Assembly: GCA_017555565.1 (NCBI GenBank) | Contig: JAFZGF010000061.1 | Location: 14,431-78,430, forward strand | Direction: 5' to 3' | Length of the DNA stretch: 64,000 bases | DNA from: Oscillospiraceae bacterium | GTDB taxonomy: Bacteria; Bacillota; Clostridia; Oscillospirales; Ruminococcaceae | Part shown: piece by piece, positions 17,828 to 26,519 of the stretch | Layout: every line of letters begins with the position of its first letter | How positions within the stretch are numbered: position 1 is the first letter of the stretch | The notes under the pieces: generated by a model | Database searches by the model: none | Told to the model about the DNA's origin: nothing | Seen by the model: the letters and a program-made list of their open reading frames with translations, nothing else | Position numbers and translations under genes: made by a program

Positions 17828-19496
17828 GACTATAGCTGGAAATAAATTTTCAGGCCACAAAAAGAACATAGCCTTTCTTCTGGCTTTTGCGGTTTCTCTT
17901 TGCTGGATATTGTTTCTGCCATACACTCTGAGAACCCACGACTCCTGGTTCCACCTTGCCAGAATAGAAGCTATGGTAACAGCTTTTGAAAACGGTGATT
18001 GGTTTCCTAAGATTTTCCCATATATGTACGAAGATTTCGGCTATGCTATCAGCCTGTTTTACAGCGATTTTTTTCTGTATATACCAGCACTTCTTACGCT
18101 GTGTGGGGTGAATATACTTACAAGTTATAAAATATATAATGTTTTAATAATTGTTGCTACAGTATTTTCTGCATATTACTGTGCAAATAAGTTGTTAAAT
18201 GACAAATTTTCCGCAGTTATAACAGCTATGGTGTATGCAGGCAGCAGTTATTTTGCTGTGGATATGTTTATACGCGGTGCCCTTGGAGAAAGTCAGGCAT
18301 TTATATTTCTGCCATTTGCTTTGCTTGGAATGTACAACGCAGTTTATGGTGATGAAAATGACAGACTTCCTTTGATTATAGGCTTTGGTGGGCTGGTGCT
18401 AAGCCACAATTTAAGCCTTATGCTGACTGCCGTGCTTTTTGCAGTGTTCCTTGTTTTGAATATTGGAAAATTGCTAAAAGAACCTTCAAGAATATTCAAT
18501 ATTGCCCGCAGTAGTATTACTGTAGTGTTTACAACTGCATTCTTTCTGTTTCCAATGGTAGAACAGCTTTTAACAGAAAAATTCTTCAGTTCATATCATG
18601 CAAAGATATGGAACCCGGGCAAAGCTGCTATAAGAATAAGAAATCTGTTTGTGGGTGCGAACCTCACAGAGGAATCGGTTTTCACACCAAGCCTTGGTAT
18701 CACAATTCTTGTGGCAATAATAATATGCCTCACATTATTTTTTAAAAAGCCAAAAACTGATTTGCATAAGTTTTTTACACTTTCAATGTTGGGTCTGTTT
18801 GCTTGTCTTTTTGCTTGTACAAGCTTGTTTCCTTGGTGGCCATTGGATCCATATCTCAATATAATCCAGTTTCCAAGCAGATTTTATATGTATGTAACAT
18901 TGTTTGCTGCTTTTTGTCTGGGCATATGGTGCAGCGTGAACATAAATAAATTAAATAACAAGAAAAAAGCAGTTATTACTCTTGTTGTTGCGATTATCTG
19001 CAGCGTGCAGTTTTCTTTTACAACCTATCAGGGCTGGCAGATTGCAGTCGATGAAGGGCGTACAATCACAGATACTTCCGCACTGATTTTATGGGACGAA
19101 AATTATCTCCACGCAAATAATAACAGACAGCTATGGCGTGAAAGAGAAAACTACATCAATACTGCCCGCGGTGTAAAAAGCGATGTGGAAACAGAAATGA
19201 CAAGGGATTACTATAACAGATATATTTCCTACAGTGGAAATACTACTGACAATTCTCTTGAAATTGCTGCAATATATTTCCGTGGCTATCGTGCTGTTGA
19301 TGGAGAAACAGGACGGGAGCTTGAGGTTCACCCAAGTGCAAATGGCTGGCTGGAAGTTGATATAGGCGCAAAAGAATCAGGCACAATTGTTGTTGATTAC
19401 TATGGTACAGCTGTTCAGCATATTTCGCCATATATTACAGCAGTATCAATGGGGCTAATATTTATTGTGTTCATAAAAAAGAAACTTAATAGGTAA
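17820..19496 (+). CDS. Polytopic membrane protein, GT-C-like glycosyltransferase/polymerase candidate
   Basis: It overlaps the previous gene by 8 nt. At least 10 TM helices are predicted. An N-terminal HDSWFHLARIEAM loop motif is present, and there is a C-terminal soluble domain plus a terminal TM helix. Confidence 0.5.
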   Translation: MDKTIAGNKFSGHKKNIAFLLAFAVSLCWILFLPYTLRTHDSWFHLARIEAMVTAFENGDWFPKIFPYMYEDFGYAISLFYSDFFLYIPALLTLCGVNILTSYKIYNVLIIVATVFSAYYCANKLLNDKFSAVITAMVYAGSSYFAVDMFIRGALGESQAFIFLPFALLGMYNAVYGDENDRLPLIIGFGGLVLSHNLSLMLTAVLFAVFLVLNIGKLLKEPSRIFNIARSSITVVFTTAFFLFPMVEQLLTEKFFSSYHAKIWNPGKAAIRIRNLFVGANLTEESVFTPSLGITILVAIIICLTLFFKKPKTDLHKFFTLSMLGLFACLFACTSLFPWWPLDPYLNIIQFPSRFYMYVTLFAAFCLGIWCSVNINKLNNKKKAVITLVVAIICSVQFSFTTYQGWQIAVDEGRTITDTSALILWDENYLHANNNRQLWRERENYINTARGVKSDVETEMTRDYYNRYISYSGNTTDNSLEIAAIYFRGYRAVDGETGRELEVHPSANGWLEVDIGAKESGTIVVDYYGTAVQHISPYITAVSMGLIFIVFIKKKLNR

Positions 19497-19505
19497 GAGG
19501 AAACA

Positions 19506-21176
19506 ATGCTCAATTATTTTACATACGATTATGGGAATATATTAATAAACATTATGAAGTTTATTAATATACGGGGACTTTTGCTGATAGCAATTGTAGT
19601 TGTTATTGCACTGATAAAAAGGAATAACAGCCTTATAGCTCCGAAGTTGAAAAATAACTGTATATATATAGTATTGGCGATAGTATTGTTTATAGGAGCG
19701 GCAGTAAGGGTATTTATGCTCGGAAACATTCCTGTAGATTTGGCTCCGGATGAAGCTAGTGTGTATTATGATGCATTATGCCTTGCCAATTACGGTACCA
19801 ACAGGTTAGGTCAGGTAAACGCAGTGTATTTTAACACTTGGGAGTTTGCAGGCCAGAGTCCAGCGATGGCGACATTGGCGTCATTTTTTATTCGTATCTT
19901 TGGTAACAGTATTTTCGTGTTTAGACTCTCTCAGGCTTTGCCTGCAATAATAACAGTTCTACTTGCTTTTTTCATCGGTAAAAAGCTGGCAGATCCTCTT
20001 ACTGGTTTAATTGCTGCAGCAATACTTGCTATAAGTCCATGGCACATTATGATGAGCCGTTGGGTGCTGGATTGTAATCTGTCTGCTTTTGCTACAACTG
20101 CAGCAGTATGTGCATTGTTGTATTCCTTTGACAATAATGGCAAAATGACAAATATATTTTATCTTTATTGTATATTCGCCGGCTTGTCGCTGTATACATA
20201 TGCTCCTACAAATATAATGATGTTTATATTTACCTTGGCAGTATATATTGTGTTTTTGGCGAAGAAAAGAATAGACTATAAAATTTTTATTCCTGCCAAT
20301 ATCATTTTGTTTATAATAGCACTTCCGATGATTGGATTTGTTGTGATAAATATCTTAGGATTGCCTTCTTTTGAAAGCAATTTTCTGACTATTCCATATA
20401 TGGAATATTTCCGTTCAGACGACATAAGCGGGAATATTATCTTGAATCTTTTTGAAAATATCGGAAATCTGTATGATATTGGACAGAGAGTTGTTTTATA
20501 TCCGCAGTTTTCCGTTATGTATGTTTTTTCTATTCCACTTATTATAATGGGAATTATCGGCGCCATAAAAAAATTAAAAGATAAGTATATACTTGTTTTG
20601 TGGCTTGTTGCATCTGCGATTCAGATGGGACGGATAGGGAAAAGCGGAATGTGGGTTGTTGTAAATCTGGCGGTAACATTGCCATATTTCATCGCTATAG
20701 GAATAACGGAGACAGTAACACATATCAAGATTACAAAATGGCTTTTTATGGCGTTATATACCATAGCATTTGCTATGTTTCTGGTGTCATATTTTATTGT
20801 GATGCCGGAAACCACGGGGGTAAAAATAGGTGCAGGTCAAAAAGACGCCATAGAATATGCTCAGAGTTTAAATGTTGATAAAGTATACTTCTCAGAATAT
20901 AATGGCACCAATGACGCGTTTATATACTGTGCATTAAACAATCAGCATTCTCCATCTGAATATAAAGAAAAAACTGTGGTTAATCCAAATATAGAAAATT
21001 GGAAATATATGAAGCAGTACGACAATATTGTTTTTTTTGAAAATATTTATGATCATTCCACAGAATACAACGTGGCATTTGTCCTTTTTAACTATATAGA
21101 TAATGTGCAGTATTTTATAGATATGGGATACAATATAAGAACGTTCAGAAGTTTTTCAGTAGCATATAAAGGATAA
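19506..21176 (+). CDS. GT-C fold glycosyltransferase (ArnT/PMT family 39/83-like)
   Basis: agagga RBS. The first extracytoplasmic loop carries the acidic motif of ArnT/PMT enzymes (NIPVDLAPDEASVYYDALC). The protein is polytopic. Confidence 0.7.
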   Translation: MLNYFTYDYGNILINIMKFINIRGLLLIAIVVVIALIKRNNSLIAPKLKNNCIYIVLAIVLFIGAAVRVFMLGNIPVDLAPDEASVYYDALCLANYGTNRLGQVNAVYFNTWEFAGQSPAMATLASFFIRIFGNSIFVFRLSQALPAIITVLLAFFIGKKLADPLTGLIAAAILAISPWHIMMSRWVLDCNLSAFATTAAVCALLYSFDNNGKMTNIFYLYCIFAGLSLYTYAPTNIMMFIFTLAVYIVFLAKKRIDYKIFIPANIILFIIALPMIGFVVINILGLPSFESNFLTIPYMEYFRSDDISGNIILNLFENIGNLYDIGQRVVLYPQFSVMYVFSIPLIIMGIIGAIKKLKDKYILVLWLVASAIQMGRIGKSGMWVVVNLAVTLPYFIAIGITETVTHIKITKWLFMALYTIAFAMFLVSYFIVMPETTGVKIGAGQKDAIEYAQSLNVDKVYFSEYNGTNDAFIYCALNNQHSPSEYKEKTVVNPNIENWKYMKQYDNIVFFENIYDHSTEYNVAFVLFNYIDNVQYFIDMGYNIRTFRSFSVAYKG

Positions 21177-21181
21177 TATTA

Positions 21182-22855
21182 ATGGGCCGTTTTGAATTAT
21201 TTAGAATATGTTCTTTTCTTTTCGTAGCAGGAATATGCTTTTTTAGTATGATTCCTCCAAAAGAACAACAATCAAAAAAGAAAATAAATGTTTTATTTGA
21301 AAAATACAATTTAATAATAATTACTGCGATATTAATTGTTGGTGCGCTTGTAAGATTTTATAAATTGGCTGAACTCCCTATCGGTTTCCATGTTGACGAA
21401 GCGGCAATGGCATATGATGCGCTTTGTATAAAGGAATATGGAATGGACAGATGGCTTAATAAAAATCCTGTTTACCTTATAAACTATGGTGGCGGACAAA
21501 GTGCGCTTATGGCCTATCTGGTAAGCTTTTGTTATTCATTTTTGGGGAATGGATCGGTCTGGGCAATTCGACTGCCGACTGCTGTTATGGGCGTACTTGC
21601 AATATTAGTGGTATTTCTTCTCACAAAGAAAATAGCAGATAATACAACAGCGGTATTGGCGGCATTTTTTACAGCAATATTTCCATCGTTGATAAAAATG
21701 TCACGTTTCGCTTTGGACTGTTATCTTATGTACAGTGTTGTTATATTGGCGATATATGTACTTGTCATTGCGATAGAAAAAAAGAAAATATTCTTGTTTG
21801 CACTATCAGGTTTTTTATGGGGAATCAGTTTATACACCTACGCCATTTCCTATGTATTTGTTCCGATTTTTTTGGGAGTAACTATATTATATTTACTCTA
21901 TTTCAAGAAAATCAATTGGAGCCAGATAATAACGATGGGTATTCCTTTAGGTGTTATGGCTATGCCATTAATGTTTATGTTGGCGATAAATAGTCATATT
22001 ATCCCATATATTGAGCTTAATTTTATTACAATACCGATATTACCGTTTTATAGGGGAGGAGAAATTCGCATAGGTACAGTTGCTGACTTAGTTCATTCAA
22101 TATATAATCTGCTTGTTTTTGATGGCTGGTTATACAATTCTGACAAAATTTTCAACACAGTTTATTTAATATCCATCCCTCTTGTGTTTGTTGGTGTTAT
22201 TAAATCTTTAATAAACTTTATAAAATCTATTAAGAATAAAACGTTTGACAAGAGTATAATTATATTTTCATATATAATTTCAAGTATTGTATTATTGATT
22301 GTTGTGTCAGGTCCGTGTGTAAATAAGCTCAACGTCATATATCCGTTGCTGGCAATACTTACTGCTGTAGGAATGTTGGAGATTTTTAAAAAATCAGACA
22401 TATTGGGGCTTGCTGTTATCGGAATATATATGATATATTTCTGTGCTTTTTCTTTTTCATATTTTGTGGATGCAAATCCTATGCCGCTGTTCAGTGATAA
22501 CATAGAATTTGCTGTGGATAAGGTGGAGAAAATATGCCCAGATAAACACGTTTATATATGTGATAATATGATGGATATAAAATATGAAGCATTAGCTTTG
22601 GCGCTACAGGTGGACCCACACACCTATGTCAAAAATAAAGATGTTCAAAAAATCGGCAATTATCAGTTGAAAATACCAGTTTATTTAGATGAAAATGAAA
22701 ACCTTTGTGAAGAAATTAATGACGACTGTGTGTATGTATTGCGGAAAAGTAATATGACAGAAACTTTTGAATATATACGCACAAAATTGGACGAAAATAA
22801 CTTTATAAAAGACTCGACAACTTACTATGACATCTATTATAAGAACGCAAATTAA
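21182..22855 (+). CDS. GT-C fold glycosyltransferase (ArnT/PMT-like), paralog of 19506..21176
   Basis: Same layout and same loop motif as the neighbour (ELPIGFHVDEAAMAYDALC). Similar length (557 vs 556 aa). Confidence 0.7.
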   Translation: MGRFELFRICSFLFVAGICFFSMIPPKEQQSKKKINVLFEKYNLIIITAILIVGALVRFYKLAELPIGFHVDEAAMAYDALCIKEYGMDRWLNKNPVYLINYGGGQSALMAYLVSFCYSFLGNGSVWAIRLPTAVMGVLAILVVFLLTKKIADNTTAVLAAFFTAIFPSLIKMSRFALDCYLMYSVVILAIYVLVIAIEKKKIFLFALSGFLWGISLYTYAISYVFVPIFLGVTILYLLYFKKINWSQIITMGIPLGVMAMPLMFMLAINSHIIPYIELNFITIPILPFYRGGEIRIGTVADLVHSIYNLLVFDGWLYNSDKIFNTVYLISIPLVFVGVIKSLINFIKSIKNKTFDKSIIIFSYIISSIVLLIVVSGPCVNKLNVIYPLLAILTAVGMLEIFKKSDILGLAVIGIYMIYFCAFSFSYFVDANPMPLFSDNIEFAVDKVEKICPDKHVYICDNMMDIKYEALALALQVDPHTYVKNKDVQKIGNYQLKIPVYLDENENLCEEINDDCVYVLRKSNMTETFEYIRTKLDENNFIKDSTTYYDIYYKNAN

Positions 22856-22884
22856 TCAAAAATTCAAATTGATAATATAAGTTT

Positions 22885-22916
22885 ATGTGCCGTGATATAC
22901 ACGGCACATATTTTTA
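22885..22916 (+). terminator. Terminator of the glycosylation operon
   Basis: Stem atgtgccgtg-atatac-acggcacat followed by a T-run at 22911-22915. Confidence 0.7.
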
Positions 22917-22918
22917 TT

Positions 22919-23080
22919 GGTGTGGATGAAGGGGCTTGAATGTCATCCGTTAAAATTTTTTCCAGTAAAATAAAGTAAAATTGGCATTTAAAAACGAGCG
23001 CACCAGCGGCGTACCGAGAAATATGCTAAAGTTCGGGCGAAGATCGAGTGGAGATCGAGTGCCACTCGAGCAAATACGCT
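22919..23080. repeat. Copy A of a ~160-bp dispersed intergenic repeat family
   Basis: It aligns by eye over ~160 bp, with few mismatches, to 30713-30873. Shared blocks: ggatgaagg..cttgaatgtcatc; the hairpin with loop cagtaaaataaa; cgtacc-N-cgtaccga; and gatcgagtggagatcgagtgccactcga (8-bp stem tcgagtgg/ccactcga). Confidence 0.7.
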
Positions 23081-23220
23081 AATAATAGTATATATTAATG
23101 TAAATATAAAATTTACAAACCACCAACAAATAAATCAGACTGCCCGATTTGTTGACCGGACAGCCTGATTTATTTGTCTATTTTAAAAACCCATGAAAGG
23201 AGGATTGCAATTTATTTTTT

Positions 23221-23435
23221 TTACTTTTTACAACCGGCAAAGTTCCACGCACTGCGGCACATATCTTCAATTGTGTGGTCTGCAAACTCCAATGCTTTCA
23301 GATGACCTGTTGCCAAGTCAACAACATGCAGATAATCTCTGAGACATGTACCGTCTTTTTATGTCACGCCTTTAATTATCCAACAACGGTATGGCTTCCT
23401 ATATAGCCTGTACTGCCTGTTACCAAAACGTTCAT
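23221..23435 (-). pseudogene. galE: Decayed UDP-glucose 4-epimerase gene (internal deletions, premature stop)
   Basis: On the minus strand, 5 nt after the galT stop, the reading is ATG-MNVLVTGSTGYIGSHTVVG-stop. This is the GalE Rossmann N-terminus (GxxGxxG). It is then joined directly to ...DGTCLRDYLHVVDLATGHLKALE and FADHTIEDMCRSAWNFAGCKK-stop, which resemble the mid and C-terminal GalE segments. About 70 codons remain of a ~330-codon gene. Confidence 0.7.
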
Positions 23436-23440
23436 ACCTG

Positions 23441-24928
23441 CTACTTACTGTTTACATATTTTACAAATTTTTTAAATGCTGCAATACCTTCAGGTGTGCG
23501 TTTATAAACGCCTGCATGTTCCAAAACTTTACTGAACACCTTACCTACCTCTACCTTCAGGATTGATAATGTATTTTCATTTGTAAATGTATATTTTTCT
23601 TTAAGCTCTTCCAGCCATTCGTTGTGTTTCTGTGCTGTTTCAGAAAGAGGCTTTCCTTCGACAATTGATTTTTCCAGCTCTGCCAGTTCAGCCTTAAGGC
23701 GTGAAGGGAGCACAGCAAGCCCCATAACTTCTATTAGGCCAATGTTTTCTTTTTTGATATGATGAAGCTCGTCATGAGGATGAAAAACGCCAAGTGGATG
23801 TTCGTCGGTAGTGATATTATTTCTCAGCACCAGGTCAAGCTCGTAGTTTTCTCCCCTGCGGCGGGCAATAGGTGTTATTGTATTGTGCATAACACCATCA
23901 GTTTCGGCAAACACAAAAGCATCAATATCGGTATATTCTCTCCAGCAGGCAAGAATTTTATCGGCAAGTTTTACAAGGCGTTCTTTGTCCGCGCCATTGA
24001 GTCTGATAACGCTCATAGGCCATTTAACAATACCCGCTTTAACATCCTCAAATCCTTCAAAAGAAATTTTGTGCTCAACAGCAGCACGTTCCATAGGGAA
24101 AACATATCTGCCGCCCTGAAAATGTTCGTGGCTTAAAATGCTGCCGCCTACGATAGGCAGGTCTGCATTGCTTCCTATAAAGTAATGCGGAAAAAGAGTA
24201 ACATAATCAAGCAGCTTTTCAAAAACAGATTTATCTATAACCATCGCTTTGTGAACTTCGTTAAACACGATGCAATGCTCAGGATAGTACACATAGGGAC
24301 TGTACTGCATAAACCATTTTTCATTGCCTATGCTGACCGGAACAACGCGGTGGTTTTGTCTTGCAGGATGGTTCATTCTCCCTTCATAGCCTTCGTTTTC
24401 ACGACAAAGCTGACATTTTGGATAGTCTGTCTGAGATGCATTTTTAGCAGCTGCAATTGCTTTTGGGTCTTTTTCCGGTTTACTGAGATTTATTGTTATG
24501 TCCAGATTCCCGTATTCTGTCGAAGTTTTCCAGCGCATATCCTTCTGTATGCGGTATCTTCGTATATAATCACTGTCCTGTGAAAATTTATAAAACCAGT
24601 TTGTTGCTTCCTCAGGACTTTTTTCATACAGAAGCTTAAACCTGCTCTGAACCTCTCTTGGCATAGGTGTAAGTACACCCATTATTTTTGTGTCAAACAG
24701 GTCACGGCTTACAGTATCATCAGCACATATACCGCGCTGTACAGCATTATTTAAAAGTGCCGTAAGAATTTCTTCCAAAGATATTGGACGGCATTCTTCT
24801 TCGGTGTAGCTGTCCAGCTGTAAAACCGCAAGCAGACGATTTACGATAAACGTTTTATCGCATTCTGCAAAAAGCTCTTTGCTGATACCATAGTTAACCA
24901 AAGCAGAAATATAAGAATTTATATTCAT
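23441..24928 (-). CDS. galT: Galactose-1-phosphate uridylyltransferase, Gram-positive long type
   Basis: 495 aa. The active-site segment is GGSILSHEHFQGGRY. The overall length and layout fit type 2 GalT of Firmicutes. Confidence 0.9.
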   Translation of the reverse strand: MNINSYISALVNYGISKELFAECDKTFIVNRLLAVLQLDSYTEEECRPISLEEILTALLNNAVQRGICADDTVSRDLFDTKIMGVLTPMPREVQSRFKLLYEKSPEEATNWFYKFSQDSDYIRRYRIQKDMRWKTSTEYGNLDITINLSKPEKDPKAIAAAKNASQTDYPKCQLCRENEGYEGRMNHPARQNHRVVPVSIGNEKWFMQYSPYVYYPEHCIVFNEVHKAMVIDKSVFEKLLDYVTLFPHYFIGSNADLPIVGGSILSHEHFQGGRYVFPMERAAVEHKISFEGFEDVKAGIVKWPMSVIRLNGADKERLVKLADKILACWREYTDIDAFVFAETDGVMHNTITPIARRRGENYELDLVLRNNITTDEHPLGVFHPHDELHHIKKENIGLIEVMGLAVLPSRLKAELAELEKSIVEGKPLSETAQKHNEWLEELKEKYTFTNENTLSILKVEVGKVFSKVLEHAGVYKRTPEGIAAFKKFVKYVNSK

Positions 24929-25127
24929 AAGAATAACTCCTTATTGTACCCTTACGCCTCCGTAGGGACGAATATTAAGAATATGACAGCCATGCTGGTG
25001 GTCTGTGTGATTGCCTGCAATTTCGTGTGCACAAGCCACCGTCTGCTTTAATGCTTACTATTTAACAGGGTGTTCTGCTTGCTGTAAGGAGTGGGATACA
25101 GCAAGCAAAACAGAGATGGATATATTA

Positions 25128-26504
25128 TTATTTAGAAGGATTGTTTGTTGAAGACAGTTTTTCGTTTGCTTTTTCTACGTCAAGACGGGAAAGAATAAGT
25201 GTAACGATAACTGTCATTACAAGTGGCAGCCAGAGATATACAATATGCAGCATATTCATCGCAGAAGCTGTCTGCACTGCTGCCTGTTCGATAAATCCTG
25301 CGCTGTCAAGCAGCCAGCCGCACATTGCTGTGCCTATGCTGCCGCCCACCTTGATACCAAAAGACGAACAGGAATACATTGTGCCGTCAATTCGTTTGCC
25401 TTTTGTAAGGAATGTGTATTCGGAGCAGGATGCGATAAGAGCGTTAAGGTCGCCCTGCAATGGGCTTGTACCAAATGCAGCAACTGCTGTGAATACAAGC
25501 ATAAGAGGAATGCTGTGCATATATCCTGCCACAATTACCAGTGCTCGGCCAATAATTGCAACCACATAACCCATAAGGTTGATTTTATACATGCCGTTAA
25601 ACTTTTTAACCAGATAAGGTGTTATAAGCAAACCGATAATAAGAGGGATATTGATAGCCAGGGAGAAGTCACCCAGAAGACCTTCATCACCAAGGACATT
25701 TTTCATAAAGTACACACCCATATTAAGCATGGAAGCATAAAGCTGTGTGCCCACATAAGTGCCGCAAATCATAAGGTAATACTTGTTGGTAAACAGCATT
25801 TTCGCTGCCTGAACCATTGTGTATTTTTCTTCCTGCTCCTGCAGGTCTTTGTCATCTGTTTCATCAAGTTCTTCCGCAGAAAGTTCTTTTACGGACAAGC
25901 CGGAGATTGTATTTGTAACAAGACCGATTATTGCATATATAATAGCAACTGTCTTCCAGCCCTGTGCGCCGCCGCCAAAAAAGTTTACAGCGTCAATAGT
26001 GATATACTGGATAAGAAGTGATGTGCCGAATGCAAAGATGAAGCGGATGGAGCCAAGCTGAACACGTTCGGAGCTGTTTTTTGTTATCAGTGCTGTAAGA
26101 GATGCATATGCAATGTTGTTTGCTGTGTAGAATACAGCGTTGAGCAAAGTATATGCAACAAAGAAGTATGCATACTGTGCGGTTTCGCCCCAGGATTCCG
26201 GAACCATAAATATTGCAGCAAGTGTAACTGCACAGCCAATATAACCGTAAATCATCCAAGGACGGGCTTTACCCATTTTTGTGTGGGTTTTGTCAATCAT
26301 TGAGCCAAAGAATATGTCGGTAACACCGTCAAACAGCTTACTTGCAGCCATAAGAGTACCAACCATACCGATGTTCATACCGATTGTTTCGGTAAGATAG
26401 AACATCATAAACGTGGAAAGGAATGCATATACAACGTTACCGGCAATATCACCAGAGCCGTAGCCCACCTTGTTGTACCATTTCAAATATTTCTTTTCGG
26501 TCAT
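25128..26504 (-). CDS. Glycoside-pentoside-hexuronide (GPH) family sugar:cation symporter
   Basis: 12-TM protein. The N-terminus KVGYGSGDIAGNVVYAFLSTFMMFYLTETIGM is typical of MelB/LacS-type carriers. It lies immediately downstream of lacZ. Confidence 0.8.
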   Translation of the reverse strand: MTEKKYLKWYNKVGYGSGDIAGNVVYAFLSTFMMFYLTETIGMNIGMVGTLMAASKLFDGVTDIFFGSMIDKTHTKMGKARPWMIYGYIGCAVTLAAIFMVPESWGETAQYAYFFVAYTLLNAVFYTANNIAYASLTALITKNSSERVQLGSIRFIFAFGTSLLIQYITIDAVNFFGGGAQGWKTVAIIYAIIGLVTNTISGLSVKELSAEELDETDDKDLQEQEEKYTMVQAAKMLFTNKYYLMICGTYVGTQLYASMLNMGVYFMKNVLGDEGLLGDFSLAINIPLIIGLLITPYLVKKFNGMYKINLMGYVVAIIGRALVIVAGYMHSIPLMLVFTAVAAFGTSPLQGDLNALIASCSEYTFLTKGKRIDGTMYSCSSFGIKVGGSIGTAMCGWLLDSAGFIEQAAVQTASAMNMLHIVYLWLPLVMTVIVTLILSRLDVEKANEKLSSTNNPSK

Positions 26505-26519
26505 AATTATTCTCCTGTA

